Assembly (NCBI GenBank): GCA_934129945.1
Contig: CAKOXC010000004.1
Location: 2,579 to 66,578 of the forward strand
From: an uncultured Bacilli bacterium
GTDB lineage: Bacteria; Bacillota_I; Bacilli_A; RF39; UBA660
Reading direction: 5' to 3'
Length of the DNA: 64,000 nucleotides
Positions within the stretch are counted from its first letter, which is position 1, and the number at the start of each line of letters is the position of its first letter. Below are positions 47,410 through 57,875 of this stretch, piece after piece. The notes under the pieces are model-generated. The model searched no databases. It was not told where the DNA came from and was given only the letters and a program-made list of their open reading frames with translations. The position numbers and the translations under genes were made by a program.

Positions 47410-48252
47410 ATGAAAAAAATCGGATTTATAATAATTAATTATAATGATTATAAAATTACTAAAAAATTGGTAGATAATATTAAGGATTATAAAGTAATTG
47501 ATGAAATAGTAGTAGTTGATAATAAATCTACTGATAAATCAGTTTTAGAGTTAAAAAAAATAGATAATATTACTTTAATAGCTAATGAAGAAAATTATGG
47601 TTTTGCCAAAGCAATTAATATTGGTTGTAAATATTTAATAAATAAATATAAAGATTGTTATATATTTGTTTCTAATTCAGATATAAGAATTGAAGAAGAA
47701 AATGATTTAAAGGAATTAGTAAAAACTTTTAAAGTTAAAGATATAGCATTAGTTGGACCTGTTATTAAAGAACCAGATGGAGTGGTTCGCGGATGGAAAT
47801 TAACTAGTGTTAATGAAGATATATTAATGAATATACCGTTAATTAATAGAGTATATAGAAATAAATTATTAAATTATAAAGATTCATATTATACAACATT
47901 GTTGTCTTATGTTGATATGGTAAAAGGATGTTTTTTTCTAATTGATTCTAAAGCTTTAGAAAAAATTAATTATTTAGATGAAAATACTTTCCTATATTAT
48001 GAAGAAAATATTTTAGCAAAAAAATTAAAGGTAAAAAAATATAAAACTGTTATAAATAATAAAGTTACTATTTACCACGATCATGCTAAAACTATTAGTA
48101 AAAATATTAATAATATAAATAGATATAAAATTACTAAAGAAAGTTTTATGTATTATGAAAAAAATTATAATGATGCAAATAGTTTACAGATATTTATTCT
48201 AAAAATTTTAAATAATATAAATTTAATTGTAAAAAAAATAAGAAAAAAATAA
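47410..48252 (+). CDS. Family 2 glycosyltransferase
   Basis: IGFIIINYNDYKITKKLVDNI...VVVDNKSTD...GFAKAINIG: GT2 (rhamnosyltransferase-like) N-terminal signature with DxD. Confidence 0.75.
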   Translation: MKKIGFIIINYNDYKITKKLVDNIKDYKVIDEIVVVDNKSTDKSVLELKKIDNITLIANEENYGFAKAINIGCKYLINKYKDCYIFVSNSDIRIEEENDLKELVKTFKVKDIALVGPVIKEPDGVVRGWKLTSVNEDILMNIPLINRVYRNKLLNYKDSYYTTLLSYVDMVKGCFFLIDSKALEKINYLDENTFLYYEENILAKKLKVKKYKTVINNKVTIYHDHAKTISKNINNINRYKITKESFMYYEKNYNDANSLQIFILKILNNINLIVKKIRKK

Positions 48253-48253
48253 G

Positions 48254-48276
48254 TTCTCGTAATGAGAATTTTTTTA
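48254..48276 (+). terminator. Rho-independent terminator after the GT2 gene
   Basis: TTCTC-gtaat-GAGAA hairpin then T7. Confidence 0.55.
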
Positions 48277-48397
48277 ATTTTAGTATAATTTCTTAAAAAA
48301 CTAGACTTTGAAATTTATTTTTCAAAATTTTTATAAAAAGTATTGCAAACATATGTTTGATGTGTTAGTATGTGCTTAGAAACAGGGGGATAAGAAA

Positions 48398-49333
48398 ATG
48401 AAAAATGAAATAATAATTTTTAAAAATCAAAATGTTAAGTTAGAAGTTAATATGAAGGATGACACAGTTTGGTTAAATACCGGACAAATGGCTGAACTAT
48501 TTGGAAGAGATATAAAGACTATTAGAAAACATATTAATAATGCATTGCAAGAAGAATGTGATAATGCAGTTGTCGCAAAATTTGCGACAACTGCAAGTGA
48601 TGGCAAAATATATCAAGTAGATTATTATAATTTAGATATGATTATTTCAGTTGGTTATAGAGTAAAATCTTCTCAAGGTGTTGAATTTAGAAAATGGGCA
48701 ACCAACGTATTAAAAGATTATATGATTAAAGGTTATGCAGTTAATCAAAAAAGATTAGAATATTTAGAAAAGACAATTAAATTAATTGATATAGCTGGGA
48801 GAATTGACCAAAAATTAAATGGTGATGAAGCTTTGGAAATAATTAGAGTGATTAATAATTATTCAAATGCTTTAAATTTACTCGATGATTATGATCATAG
48901 AAAGGTTAGTAAACCTAAAGGAACAAGTAGCGATAATAAAATTAATTACACTGATTGTATGAATATAGTTAATAAATTACGATTTAATAGTAATAGCGAT
49001 TTGTTTGCATTAGAAAGAGATAGAGGACTTGAATCAATAATTAGAAATATTTATGGATCATTTAATGGTCAAGATGTTTATCCTAGTACAGAAGAAAAAG
49101 CCGCTAACTTTTTATATTTAATTACAAAAAATCATACTTTTATTGATGGTAATAAAAGAATAGCTGCGACTTTATTTATATATTTTTTAAGATTCTATAA
49201 TATTTTATATAAAAATGGTAGACAAGTTATTGATAATAATACGCTAGTAGCAATTACTTTATTAATTGCACAGTCTAATCCTAAAGAGAAAGATATATTA
49301 ATAGATTTAGTAATGAACTTTTTAAATGATTAA
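48398..49333 (+). CDS. RhuM-family N-terminal domain fused to Fic/Doc (death-on-curing type) domain
   Basis: N-terminus KNQNVKLEVNMKDDTVWLNTGQMAELFGRDIKTIRKHI (RhuM-like); C-terminus HTFIDGNKRIAATLFIYFL matches the Doc-type Fic motif HxFx(D/N)GNKR. Confidence 0.7.
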   Translation: MKNEIIIFKNQNVKLEVNMKDDTVWLNTGQMAELFGRDIKTIRKHINNALQEECDNAVVAKFATTASDGKIYQVDYYNLDMIISVGYRVKSSQGVEFRKWATNVLKDYMIKGYAVNQKRLEYLEKTIKLIDIAGRIDQKLNGDEALEIIRVINNYSNALNLLDDYDHRKVSKPKGTSSDNKINYTDCMNIVNKLRFNSNSDLFALERDRGLESIIRNIYGSFNGQDVYPSTEEKAANFLYLITKNHTFIDGNKRIAATLFIYFLRFYNILYKNGRQVIDNNTLVAITLLIAQSNPKEKDILIDLVMNFLND

Positions 49334-49363
49334 AAATAAAGAAAATAGAAAGAAGGAAAAGTA

Positions 49364-50205
49364 ATGGAACAAGATAAAATGCATTTAATTAATAAAATAT
49401 TTAATAATGAAACAATAAGAACTATATGGGATAAGGATGAAGAAAAATATTATATAAGTGTTGTAGATATAGTAGGAGTTATATCAGGAAGCAAGGATAA
49501 GCAAGCCTATTGGAGAAAACTTAAGCAGCGTTTAAAAGAAGAAGGAAATGAAACCGTGACAAATTGTCACGCTTTAAAATTAAAAGCTCATGATGGCAAG
49601 TATAGATTAACTGATGTAGTTGGTATTGAAGGAATGTTTAGAATTATAGAATCAATACCAAGTAAAAATGCTGAACCGATAAAACAATGGCTAGCTAAAT
49701 TAGGTAGTGAAAGAGTTGATGAAGTATTTGATCCATCTATAAGCGTACAAAAAGGAATTGATACATATAGAAGAAAAGGTTACGATGAAGATTGGATTCA
49801 AAAAAGAATTAAAGCGACACAAGATAGGAAAAAATTAACTGATGTTTGGAAGAACGGAATAACGAATATGCAATTCTGACTAATGAAATATACAAAAGTT
49901 GGTCAGGAATGAGTGCTAAAGAATATAAACAGTATAAAGGTTTAAGAAAAGAATCTTTAAGAGATAACATGAGTGACATTGAAGTTACACTTGCAGATTT
50001 AGGAGAATTAGCTACTCGTGAAATTGCTAAGAAACGTAATCCACAGAGATTAAAAGAAAACAAAGAAGTAGCTAAACGTGGCGGTAAGATAGCAAATAAT
50101 GCAAGAGTAGATTTAGATAGTGAAATTGGTGAAAACGTTATAACCAAAAATAATGCTTTAAATTATGAATATAACGAAGAAGAACAGAAGAAGAACATTT
50201 ATTAG
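49364..50205 (+). pseudogene. Bro-N domain phage antirepressor-like gene with an apparent frameshift near 49850
   Basis: ORF 49364-49879 (Bro-N: IRTIWDKDEEKYYISVVDIVGV) and ORF 49846-50205 (YAILTNEIYKSWSGMSAKEYKQ...) are successive parts of one protein family in different frames. Restoring one A in GGAAGAAC would join ...TDVWK to ERNNEYAILTNE... Confidence 0.5.
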
Positions 50206-50239
50206 AAAATAAATAAATCTTTTACGCGTTATATATTAA

Positions 50240-50266
50240 TTAGAGTTTAAAACTCTAATTTTTTTA
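50240..50266 (+). terminator. Rho-independent terminator upstream of glmS
   Basis: TAGAGTT-taaa-AACTCTA then T7. Confidence 0.6.
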
Positions 50267-50362
50267 ATAATCTCTTGTTTTAAATTTAAAATGACTTTTA
50301 TAATTATTTTTGATAAAATAATATTATGTTGTATAGTTAGTTTTTAGGAAGGTATAAATTAG

Positions 50363-52144
50363 ATGTGTGGAATAGTAGGATATGTTGGAAAACAACATTG
50401 CATAGATAAAATAATTAACGGTTTAGAATCATTAGAATATAGAGGTTATGACAGTGCTGGAATAGCTTATAAAAAGCAAGACAAGATAATAATAAAAAAA
50501 GCTAAAGGAAAAATAGAAAATTTAAAAAAAATTTTAAATACAAATGAAGAATCTTATTTAGGAATAGGTCATACAAGATGGGCTACTCACGGTAAACCAT
50601 GTAAAGAAAATTCACATCCACATTCTGTTGGTAAAGTTACCTTAGTTCATAATGGTATTATTGAAAACTATGAAGAGTTAAAAAAAGAATTAAAAGAATA
50701 TAAATTTTGTTCTGAAACAGATAGTGAAGTTGTAGCTGCATTAATTGATAAATTATATAAAAGTGAAAAAAACATGGTTAATGTATTAAATAAATTGAAA
50801 GATTATCTTATTGGAAGTTATGCATTAGGCATAATTTTAGAAGGTGATGATAATTTATATGTAATAAGAAAAGATAGTCCTTTAATAATTGGGGTAGCAG
50901 ATGATGGAAATTTTATAGCTAGTGATGTACCCGCTGTTTTAAAATATACAAATAAATATTATTTACTTCTTAATAATGAATATGTAATTTTAACACCGTA
51001 TGATGTAACAATCTATTCTGAAAAAAATAAACAAATAAAAGAATTACTTGCATTTGATGGAAAAATAGATGCTGCAATGAAAAATGGCTATGAACATTTT
51101 ATGCTAAAAGAAATATATGAACAGCCAAAAGTATTAAAAGATACAATAAATGAATATTTAAAAGATAATTGTTTCTTTATGAAAAAATTAAAAGGATTTG
51201 AAAAATACACGGGTATTGATATTGTTGGATGTGGGAGTGCTTACCACGTCGGCATGGTAGGTGGAAGTTTAATTTCAAAATACGGAAATATTCCTGTGAA
51301 TGAATACATAGCTAGTGAATATAGGTATAATAAACATTTTTATACAAAAAATCATTTAATAATTGTTATAAGTCAAAGTGGAGAAACTGCAGACACTTTA
51401 GCTGTTGTTAGAAAAGCAAAAGAAGATGGTATAGAAACTCTTGCTATTGTCAATGTAATAGGATCTTCTATAGCACGTGAAGCAGACGAAGTTATGTATA
51501 TTAAAGCTGGACCAGAAATATCTGTTGCAACAACAAAAGCATATACTTGTCAATTAATAATTTTATCTTTAATAGCAGCATATTTAGGTATAAAGAAAAA
51601 TTTTATAGATGAAAAAATATTAGACGATTTTAGAATAATTAGTAATTTAATAGAAAATTTATTAACAAATATAGAAGAAGAAAAAGAAATTGCAAAAATA
51701 CTTTCTAAGAAAAATGATGTTTATTATTTAGGAAGAAAAATAGATTATGCTTCTTGTTTAGAAGCATCACTAAAGTTAAAAGAAATAAGTTATATTCATT
51801 CAGAAGCTTATGCAGCTGGAGAATTAAAACATGGCACAATAAGTTTAATTGAAGAAAATACTCCAGTTATTAGCATTATTACTGATGATAGTATAAGACT
51901 TAAAACTTTATCAAATGTTAAAGAAGTTTGTGCAAGAGGTGCGTATAGTATAATTATTACAAATGAAGATATTTTAGATAAAAGCCTATATAAAAATTTA
52001 TTAGTAATTCCTAATGTTTCAGATTTTATTGAATGCATAGTTGTTATAATTAAATGTCAATTAATTGCATATTATACGGCTGTTTATAAAAATTGTGATG
52101 TTGATAAACCTAGAAATTTAGCTAAAAGTGTTACAGTGGAGTAG
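50363..52144 (+). CDS. glmS: Glutamine--fructose-6-phosphate aminotransferase
   Basis: MCGIVGYVG N-terminal nucleophile; two SIS domains; C-terminal ...KPRNLAKSVTVE. Confidence 0.95.
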   Translation: MCGIVGYVGKQHCIDKIINGLESLEYRGYDSAGIAYKKQDKIIIKKAKGKIENLKKILNTNEESYLGIGHTRWATHGKPCKENSHPHSVGKVTLVHNGIIENYEELKKELKEYKFCSETDSEVVAALIDKLYKSEKNMVNVLNKLKDYLIGSYALGIILEGDDNLYVIRKDSPLIIGVADDGNFIASDVPAVLKYTNKYYLLLNNEYVILTPYDVTIYSEKNKQIKELLAFDGKIDAAMKNGYEHFMLKEIYEQPKVLKDTINEYLKDNCFFMKKLKGFEKYTGIDIVGCGSAYHVGMVGGSLISKYGNIPVNEYIASEYRYNKHFYTKNHLIIVISQSGETADTLAVVRKAKEDGIETLAIVNVIGSSIAREADEVMYIKAGPEISVATTKAYTCQLIILSLIAAYLGIKKNFIDEKILDDFRIISNLIENLLTNIEEEKEIAKILSKKNDVYYLGRKIDYASCLEASLKLKEISYIHSEAYAAGELKHGTISLIEENTPVISIITDDSIRLKTLSNVKEVCARGAYSIIITNEDILDKSLYKNLLVIPNVSDFIECIVVIIKCQLIAYYTAVYKNCDVDKPRNLAKSVTVE

Positions 52145-52215
52145 AATAAATTACTATAATATAGTGTTTTTAAAAAATAATTGTGTTATAATTAAATAGT
52201 TATGGAGGATTAAAA

Positions 52216-52956
52216 ATGACAAAAGAAAATGATATTGCAATAAAAGTTGAAAATGTTACAAAGTCTTTTAAATTATTCTATGATAAACCAAGTACATTAA
52301 AAGAAAGATTAGTTTTCTGGAATAAGAAAAAAGCTGAAGAACATACTGTTTTAAAAGATATTAGTTTAAACATAAAAAAAGGTGAAACAGTTGCTTTAAT
52401 TGGAGTAAATGGTAGTGGTAAATCTACATTGTTAAAACTAATGACAAAGATAATTTATCCTACTAAAGGAAAAATTACTACAAATGGAAAATTAACATCA
52501 TTACTAGAATTAGGTGCAGGATTCCATCCAGACTTTACAGGAAGAGAAAATATTTATTTTAATGCTGCAATATTTGGACTTACTAAACAAGAAATTGATA
52601 ATAGATTAGACAAAATAATTGAATTTTCAGAATTAGGTGAATTCATAGATTCACCTGTACGTACCTATTCATCAGGAATGTACATGAGACTTGCTTTTTC
52701 TGTAGCGATTAATGTAGATGCTGAAATATTGTTAATTGATGAAATATTAGGTGTTGGTGATCAACATTTTCAAGAAAAATGTTTTGCAAAATTAGAAGAA
52801 TTACGAGATAGTGATAAAACTATAGTTATTGTTTCACATAGCTTAGATTCATTAAAAAAGCTCTGTAAAAGAGCAATATGGATATACGATGGTATTGTGA
52901 AAATGGATGGTAAAACTAATGAAGTATTTGAAAAATATTTAGATACTTGTAAATAG
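52216..52956 (+). CDS. ABC transporter ATP-binding protein, polysaccharide/teichoic-acid exporter type (TagH/Wzt-like)
   Basis: Walker A IGVNGSGKST; signature YSSGMYMRLAF; Walker B ILLIDEIL; 246 aa without a C-terminal carbohydrate-binding domain. Confidence 0.8.
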   Translation: MTKENDIAIKVENVTKSFKLFYDKPSTLKERLVFWNKKKAEEHTVLKDISLNIKKGETVALIGVNGSGKSTLLKLMTKIIYPTKGKITTNGKLTSLLELGAGFHPDFTGRENIYFNAAIFGLTKQEIDNRLDKIIEFSELGEFIDSPVRTYSSGMYMRLAFSVAINVDAEILLIDEILGVGDQHFQEKCFAKLEELRDSDKTIVIVSHSLDSLKKLCKRAIWIYDGIVKMDGKTNEVFEKYLDTCK

Positions 52957-52969
52957 AAAGGAATAAAAA

Positions 52970-53749
52970 ATGAAGCTTTTTAAAGATTTATATGCTTATA
53001 GAGAATTATTGAAAAATAATGTAAAAAAAGATGTTCGAGGAAAATATAAAGGATCATTTTTGGGAGTATTGTGGACATTTATGAACCCATTGTTAATGAC
53101 ATTAGTTTATGCAATAGTTTTCCCATTTTTAATGAAAGGTGCATCATATGAACATTATACAACGTTTTTAATAATAGGTATATTAGCATGGAATTGGTTT
53201 GGAACTTGTATTTCTCAAGGAACGTATTCAGTTTTAGGAAATGGTGGAATTATAAAAAAAGTATATTTTCCAAGAGAAATTTTACCAATTTCAGTTGTAA
53301 CAAGTGGTTTAATCAATTATTTGATTAGTTTAGTAATTATAGCAATATTTTTGATTTGCTCAGGTATAGGATTTAACATTAATATGTTGTGGCTGCCATT
53401 TATAATTGTTACACAATATTTTTTGACTTTAGGAATTGTATTTATAACTAGTGCATTAAATGTTTATGCAAGAGATTTAGAATATTTAGTAAGTTTTTTT
53501 ACTCAAATGTTATTTTATGCCACACCAATTTTATATTCAATGGATATTTTTGGTGATTCTAAAGTTGCAACTTTGATTAATTGTAATCCAATGACATCTA
53601 TAATTAATTCTTATCGAGATGTATTATATTGGGGAAACTTGCCACATATAAAGTCGTTGATTATTGTGTTAATATTTAGCATCTTTTTATGTTTTGTTGG
53701 ATTGAAAATTTTTAGAAAACTTTCTAAAGGCTTTGCAGAAGAAGTATAG
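52970..53749 (+). CDS. ABC-2 family permease (TagG/Wzm-like)
   Basis: 259 aa, 6 TM; ABC-2 type; directly downstream of the ATPase. Confidence 0.75.
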   Translation: MKLFKDLYAYRELLKNNVKKDVRGKYKGSFLGVLWTFMNPLLMTLVYAIVFPFLMKGASYEHYTTFLIIGILAWNWFGTCISQGTYSVLGNGGIIKKVYFPREILPISVVTSGLINYLISLVIIAIFLICSGIGFNINMLWLPFIIVTQYFLTLGIVFITSALNVYARDLEYLVSFFTQMLFYATPILYSMDIFGDSKVATLINCNPMTSIINSYRDVLYWGNLPHIKSLIIVLIFSIFLCFVGLKIFRKLSKGFAEEV

Positions 53750-53772
53750 AAAGTTAGTAGTAGGAGGAGTTT

Positions 53773-55707
53773 ATGGGAAAAAAAGAAGTAGCATTAGTGT
53801 ATGGAATAACTAATAATTATGTTGATAAATTAGCTAATGTATTAATAGGTTTAAATGAAAAAAGTAAGAAGTTTTGGGATGATATTATAATTTTACATAA
53901 TGGCCTTACTGAAAAAAATAAACAAATGTTAAATGAAATTGTTAAGTGTAAATTTATTGAAGTAAAAAGGGATGATTTTATAAATGAAATTAATGAAGAA
54001 GCTATGAATTTATATAGTATAGCAGCTTTCTTTAGATATGAATGCTTCAATATGTTGAATAAATATAAAAAAGTTATATGGTCAGATGTAGATGTTTTAT
54101 ATCAAGGAGATTTGAGTGGTTTAATCGATTATGCTATAGATAAGGACATAGCAGCGGTACAGGCATTAGAAGAATATGCTGTAATAAATAATTTTTATGA
54201 TATTATAGAAAAATATAATATGTTCGTTCCTATGTATAATTCTGGCTTATTGGTTTTGAACGATAAATTATTAAAGTATGGAGATTTATCTGAATGGTGC
54301 TATAAAAAAACTATAGAATATGCTTCATTATTAAAGTGGCCAGATCAAGGAATTATTAATTTGATGATTCAGGAATTTGATATGAGTGTTGATAATATTG
54401 ATATTGATTTATATCATTGTCACCCATCTTTTTTTGATAAAGGTAAAAAAGCAAAAATCGTTCATGCGCATGGTACAAGGAAATTTTGGAATGATGAAGA
54501 ATATAATAGGCGCTATCCATTATGGAATGAATACGGAAAAAAATGGAATTTAATCAAAAAAAGTTATGGAGAAATGCCTTTAGTTTCTGTTATAATGACA
54601 GTATATAAGCGTTATGATTTTTTAAACGAATGTCTAAATAGCATTTTGAATCAAACTTATGATAATTTTGAAATTATATTAGTAATAGAAAAAAGTGAAA
54701 ATCAAGATGAAATAAAAGAATTTGTAGAAAAATATGATGATGATAGAATTAAAATTATTTGTAATGAAAAAAGAGAAGGCTTTCCAAAATCTTTAAATAT
54801 TGCTATTGAAAATTCTAATGGTAAATATATTGCAAGAATGGATGATGATGACATTTCTGTAAATATAAGATTTGAAGAAGAAGTAAGTTTTTTAGAAAAT
54901 AATTTAGATATTGGTATGGTATCTTCGAACGCGGAATTTTTTATGAATTCTACAGGAAAGTGGTTTGATAAAGGCTTAAAAAATGAGGAGATAAAAACTG
55001 AATTATTAGTTGGCTGCCCAATATGTCACCCATCTGTTATGTTTAATAAAAAACTATTTAAAAAATACAATTTGAAATATAATGAAAATTATTTTTCTGA
55101 AGATTTTGAATTGTGGAGCCAGGCAATTAAATATTTAAAAATGGAGAGATTAAATACGGTTTTATTAAAATATAGAGCTTCTGGTTTGAGTTTGACTGGA
55201 TCAAATAATAATGAAAATAAAATAGCAAATTCAACAAAAAATACAATCAAACATCAATTTAAAGAAAATTTAGGGTTGGATTTAACTGACAATGAAATAA
55301 CTGCTATTCAAAAACGCAAAGAAATATTATGCTGCTATGGTAATACTCAATCAATAATTGATTTGAAAAAAAATACAATAAAAAAAATAATTGATAGTAA
55401 TAAAGTACAAAAGTATTATGACGAAAAATTATTAAAAAAAGTATTAAATTATAATCAATATTTTGAAGAGGATAATCAATGTATAAAAAAGAAAAATTAT
55501 GTTAAGTCTGGAGTTAAATTAATAATTAAACCTTTTTATAAAATTTTACAAAAAGTATATAATAAATTATCATATAGTAATATGTTAAGCATGCGTTTAT
55601 ATTTTGATGATATGAATAATAAGATAAACCATATAACTGAAATGACTCATAGATTAGACTGGGACATTAATTATTCTAAAAAGAAAAAAATATGCAAAAA
55701 GAAATAA
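53773..55707 (+). CDS. Two-domain glycosyltransferase (N-terminal GT8-like domain + C-terminal GT2 domain)
   Basis: N-domain VALVYGITNNYVDKL... with DVDVLY (DxD); C-domain PLVSVIMTVYKRYDFLNECLNSILNQTYDNFEIILV (GT2). Confidence 0.7.
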   Translation: MGKKEVALVYGITNNYVDKLANVLIGLNEKSKKFWDDIIILHNGLTEKNKQMLNEIVKCKFIEVKRDDFINEINEEAMNLYSIAAFFRYECFNMLNKYKKVIWSDVDVLYQGDLSGLIDYAIDKDIAAVQALEEYAVINNFYDIIEKYNMFVPMYNSGLLVLNDKLLKYGDLSEWCYKKTIEYASLLKWPDQGIINLMIQEFDMSVDNIDIDLYHCHPSFFDKGKKAKIVHAHGTRKFWNDEEYNRRYPLWNEYGKKWNLIKKSYGEMPLVSVIMTVYKRYDFLNECLNSILNQTYDNFEIILVIEKSENQDEIKEFVEKYDDDRIKIICNEKREGFPKSLNIAIENSNGKYIARMDDDDISVNIRFEEEVSFLENNLDIGMVSSNAEFFMNSTGKWFDKGLKNEEIKTELLVGCPICHPSVMFNKKLFKKYNLKYNENYFSEDFELWSQAIKYLKMERLNTVLLKYRASGLSLTGSNNNENKIANSTKNTIKHQFKENLGLDLTDNEITAIQKRKEILCCYGNTQSIIDLKKNTIKKIIDSNKVQKYYDEKLLKKVLNYNQYFEEDNQCIKKKNYVKSGVKLIIKPFYKILQKVYNKLSYSNMLSMRLYFDDMNNKINHITEMTHRLDWDINYSKKKKICKKK

Positions 55708-56873
55708 ATTTGTTAAATTATTCATGTAAAATGCAAAAATTATTAGATATAAGTAAAAATAATGAATCATTAAAATTTGATAAATCAAAAAAAGTTTTAT
55801 TATTAAATGATACGTACGATGATTTTCATCATGGAAGTTGTGCGACGAGTTATGTAATTAGAGAAAAATTAAAAAATAAATATAATGAATTAAATGTATA
55901 TGGTATTGAAAAACTTAGATTTGTTAAAATTGACATATATGATGTTTTAGATTTTGATAATAAAAAAGTTTTAGAAAAATTTGAAAATAATAATAAAGAA
56001 TTATTAGAATTTATAAAAAATACTGATATAATTGTTGTTAATGGTGAAGGATGTATTTCGCATAATAATGAATTCACAAAAATACTACTATATATCATGT
56101 ATATTTCAAAAGTTTTTTATCATAAAGAAGTTCATTTAATAAACACTTCAATTTATTTAGAAAATGAAGTTGATTTAACTAATATAAACGCATCTGAAGA
56201 ATTAAAAAAAATATTAGTCAAAGTATTAGATGTTTTAAATTCAGTTAAAGTAAGAGATTATATATCATTTGAAACTGTAAAAGAAAATATAAATGATAAT
56301 GTTATTTTAGCTTTTGACAATATTCCATTGTACATAAAAAAATATTATAAAAATGTTTACCCTATAAAAGGAAATTATATATTATTATCTGGAGGCAATA
56401 ATATAAAAAATATAGATTTTGATAAATATATAGAGTTTATTGATAAAATAAAAAAAATTTATAGTGACTGTAAAATGATTTTTTTAATATCAAATGTAAA
56501 AACTGCAAAGTGTAAAGACGATATAGAATTGTTTAACAAGTTAAAAAAAGTATTTGAAAATGAAATTATTTTGTATGAAGCAAACACAATAGATGAGTTT
56601 ATTTCTTGCATTGATAATGCTAAGATATTAGTATCTGGAAGATTTCATCATACGATAGTAGCATTAAATTGCAAAACAAGTTTCTTTGTATTTAACACTA
56701 ATACGCCAAAGATTAAGTCTATTTTGGAAATGTTTGATCAAGAAAAATTTTTGATTACTAAAGATAATATAGATGATTATATAAAAAATATAGATACTAA
56801 AATATTTGGAAGTTTTGATACTAGTGATATTATGATTGAAACAATGAATGAATTAGCAGAAAAAAATTATTAA
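55692..56873 (+). CDS. Hypothetical protein in glycan locus (possible polysaccharide-modifying transferase)
   Basis: 393 aa soluble; Rossmann-like stretches; no firm motif. Confidence 0.3.
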   Translation: MQKEINLLNYSCKMQKLLDISKNNESLKFDKSKKVLLLNDTYDDFHHGSCATSYVIREKLKNKYNELNVYGIEKLRFVKIDIYDVLDFDNKKVLEKFENNNKELLEFIKNTDIIVVNGEGCISHNNEFTKILLYIMYISKVFYHKEVHLINTSIYLENEVDLTNINASEELKKILVKVLDVLNSVKVRDYISFETVKENINDNVILAFDNIPLYIKKYYKNVYPIKGNYILLSGGNNIKNIDFDKYIEFIDKIKKIYSDCKMIFLISNVKTAKCKDDIELFNKLKKVFENEIILYEANTIDEFISCIDNAKILVSGRFHHTIVALNCKTSFFVFNTNTPKIKSILEMFDQEKFLITKDNIDDYIKNIDTKIFGSFDTSDIMIETMNELAEKNY

Positions 56874-56891
56874 AATTAAAAGGAGAAGTAT

Positions 56892-57866
56892 ATGATTATA
56901 ACTAGAACACCATTTAGAGTTAGTCTATGTGGAGGAGGTAGCGATTTACCAAGTTTTTATGAAAAAAATGGAGGTTGTGTTATAAGCACAACTATAAACA
57001 AATATATGTATATTACTGTTCATCCTTCTTTCCAAGAGGATCATACAGTATTAAAATATTCAAAAACTGAAACTGTAAAAAAAATAAATGATATAGAGCA
57101 TCCAATTTTTAAACAATGTTTAAATGATTGTAAAATAAAGGGCGTAGAAATTACATCAATAGCTGACATTCCCCAAGGAACAGGATTGGGATCATCAAGT
57201 GCCTTTACAGTAGGATTATTAAATGCACTTTCATGTTATAAAAGAAAATTTGTTTCAAAAGAAGAAATTGCTAACAAAGCATGTCAAGTTGAAATAGAAG
57301 AATTAGAAAATAAAATTGGTAAGCAAGACCAATATGCTGCTGCGTATGGTGGTCTTAATTATTATCAGTTTAATAAGGATGGCACAGTTTACGTAGAACC
57401 AGTTTTAATGTCAAAAGAAGCGTTTCATAAATTAGAAGATAATCTAATTATGATGTATGTTGGTGGAGTTCATTCTGCTTCTAAAATTTTAAAAGAACAA
57501 TCTAACAATGTTACATCTGGTGATAAGGAAAAAAATCAACTTAAAATGTGTGAATTAACAAAAAAATTAAAATTAGAGCTAGAAAATAATAATGTAGATG
57601 CCGTTGGTGAAATTTTACATGAAAGTTGGATGTTAAAGAAAACATTAGCTTCAGGTATATCCAATCCAAATATTGATAAATGGTATAAAACAGCGATAGA
57701 TAATGGTGCAATAGGTGGAAAATTGTTAGGAGCTGGTGGTGGTGGATTTCTACTATTCTATGTTCCAAAAGAAAAACAAAAACAGGTAATAGCTAGTCTG
57801 CCAGAATTAAAACAATTAGATTTTAAATTTGATCATCAAGGAACAGTACCAATTTTTGTAAGTTAG
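56892..57866 (+). CDS. hddA: GHMP kinase, D-glycero-alpha-D-manno-heptose 7-phosphate kinase-like
   Basis: MIITRTPFRVSLCGGGSDLP N-terminus and PQGTGLGSSSAF GHMP motif; GAGGGGF C-terminus; sits in a heptose-pathway cluster. Confidence 0.7.
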   Translation: MIITRTPFRVSLCGGGSDLPSFYEKNGGCVISTTINKYMYITVHPSFQEDHTVLKYSKTETVKKINDIEHPIFKQCLNDCKIKGVEITSIADIPQGTGLGSSSAFTVGLLNALSCYKRKFVSKEEIANKACQVEIEELENKIGKQDQYAAAYGGLNYYQFNKDGTVYVEPVLMSKEAFHKLEDNLIMMYVGGVHSASKILKEQSNNVTSGDKEKNQLKMCELTKKLKLELENNNVDAVGEILHESWMLKKTLASGISNPNIDKWYKTAIDNGAIGGKLLGAGGGGFLLFYVPKEKQKQVIASLPELKQLDFKFDHQGTVPIFVS

Positions 57867-57875
57867 GAGAGAAAA

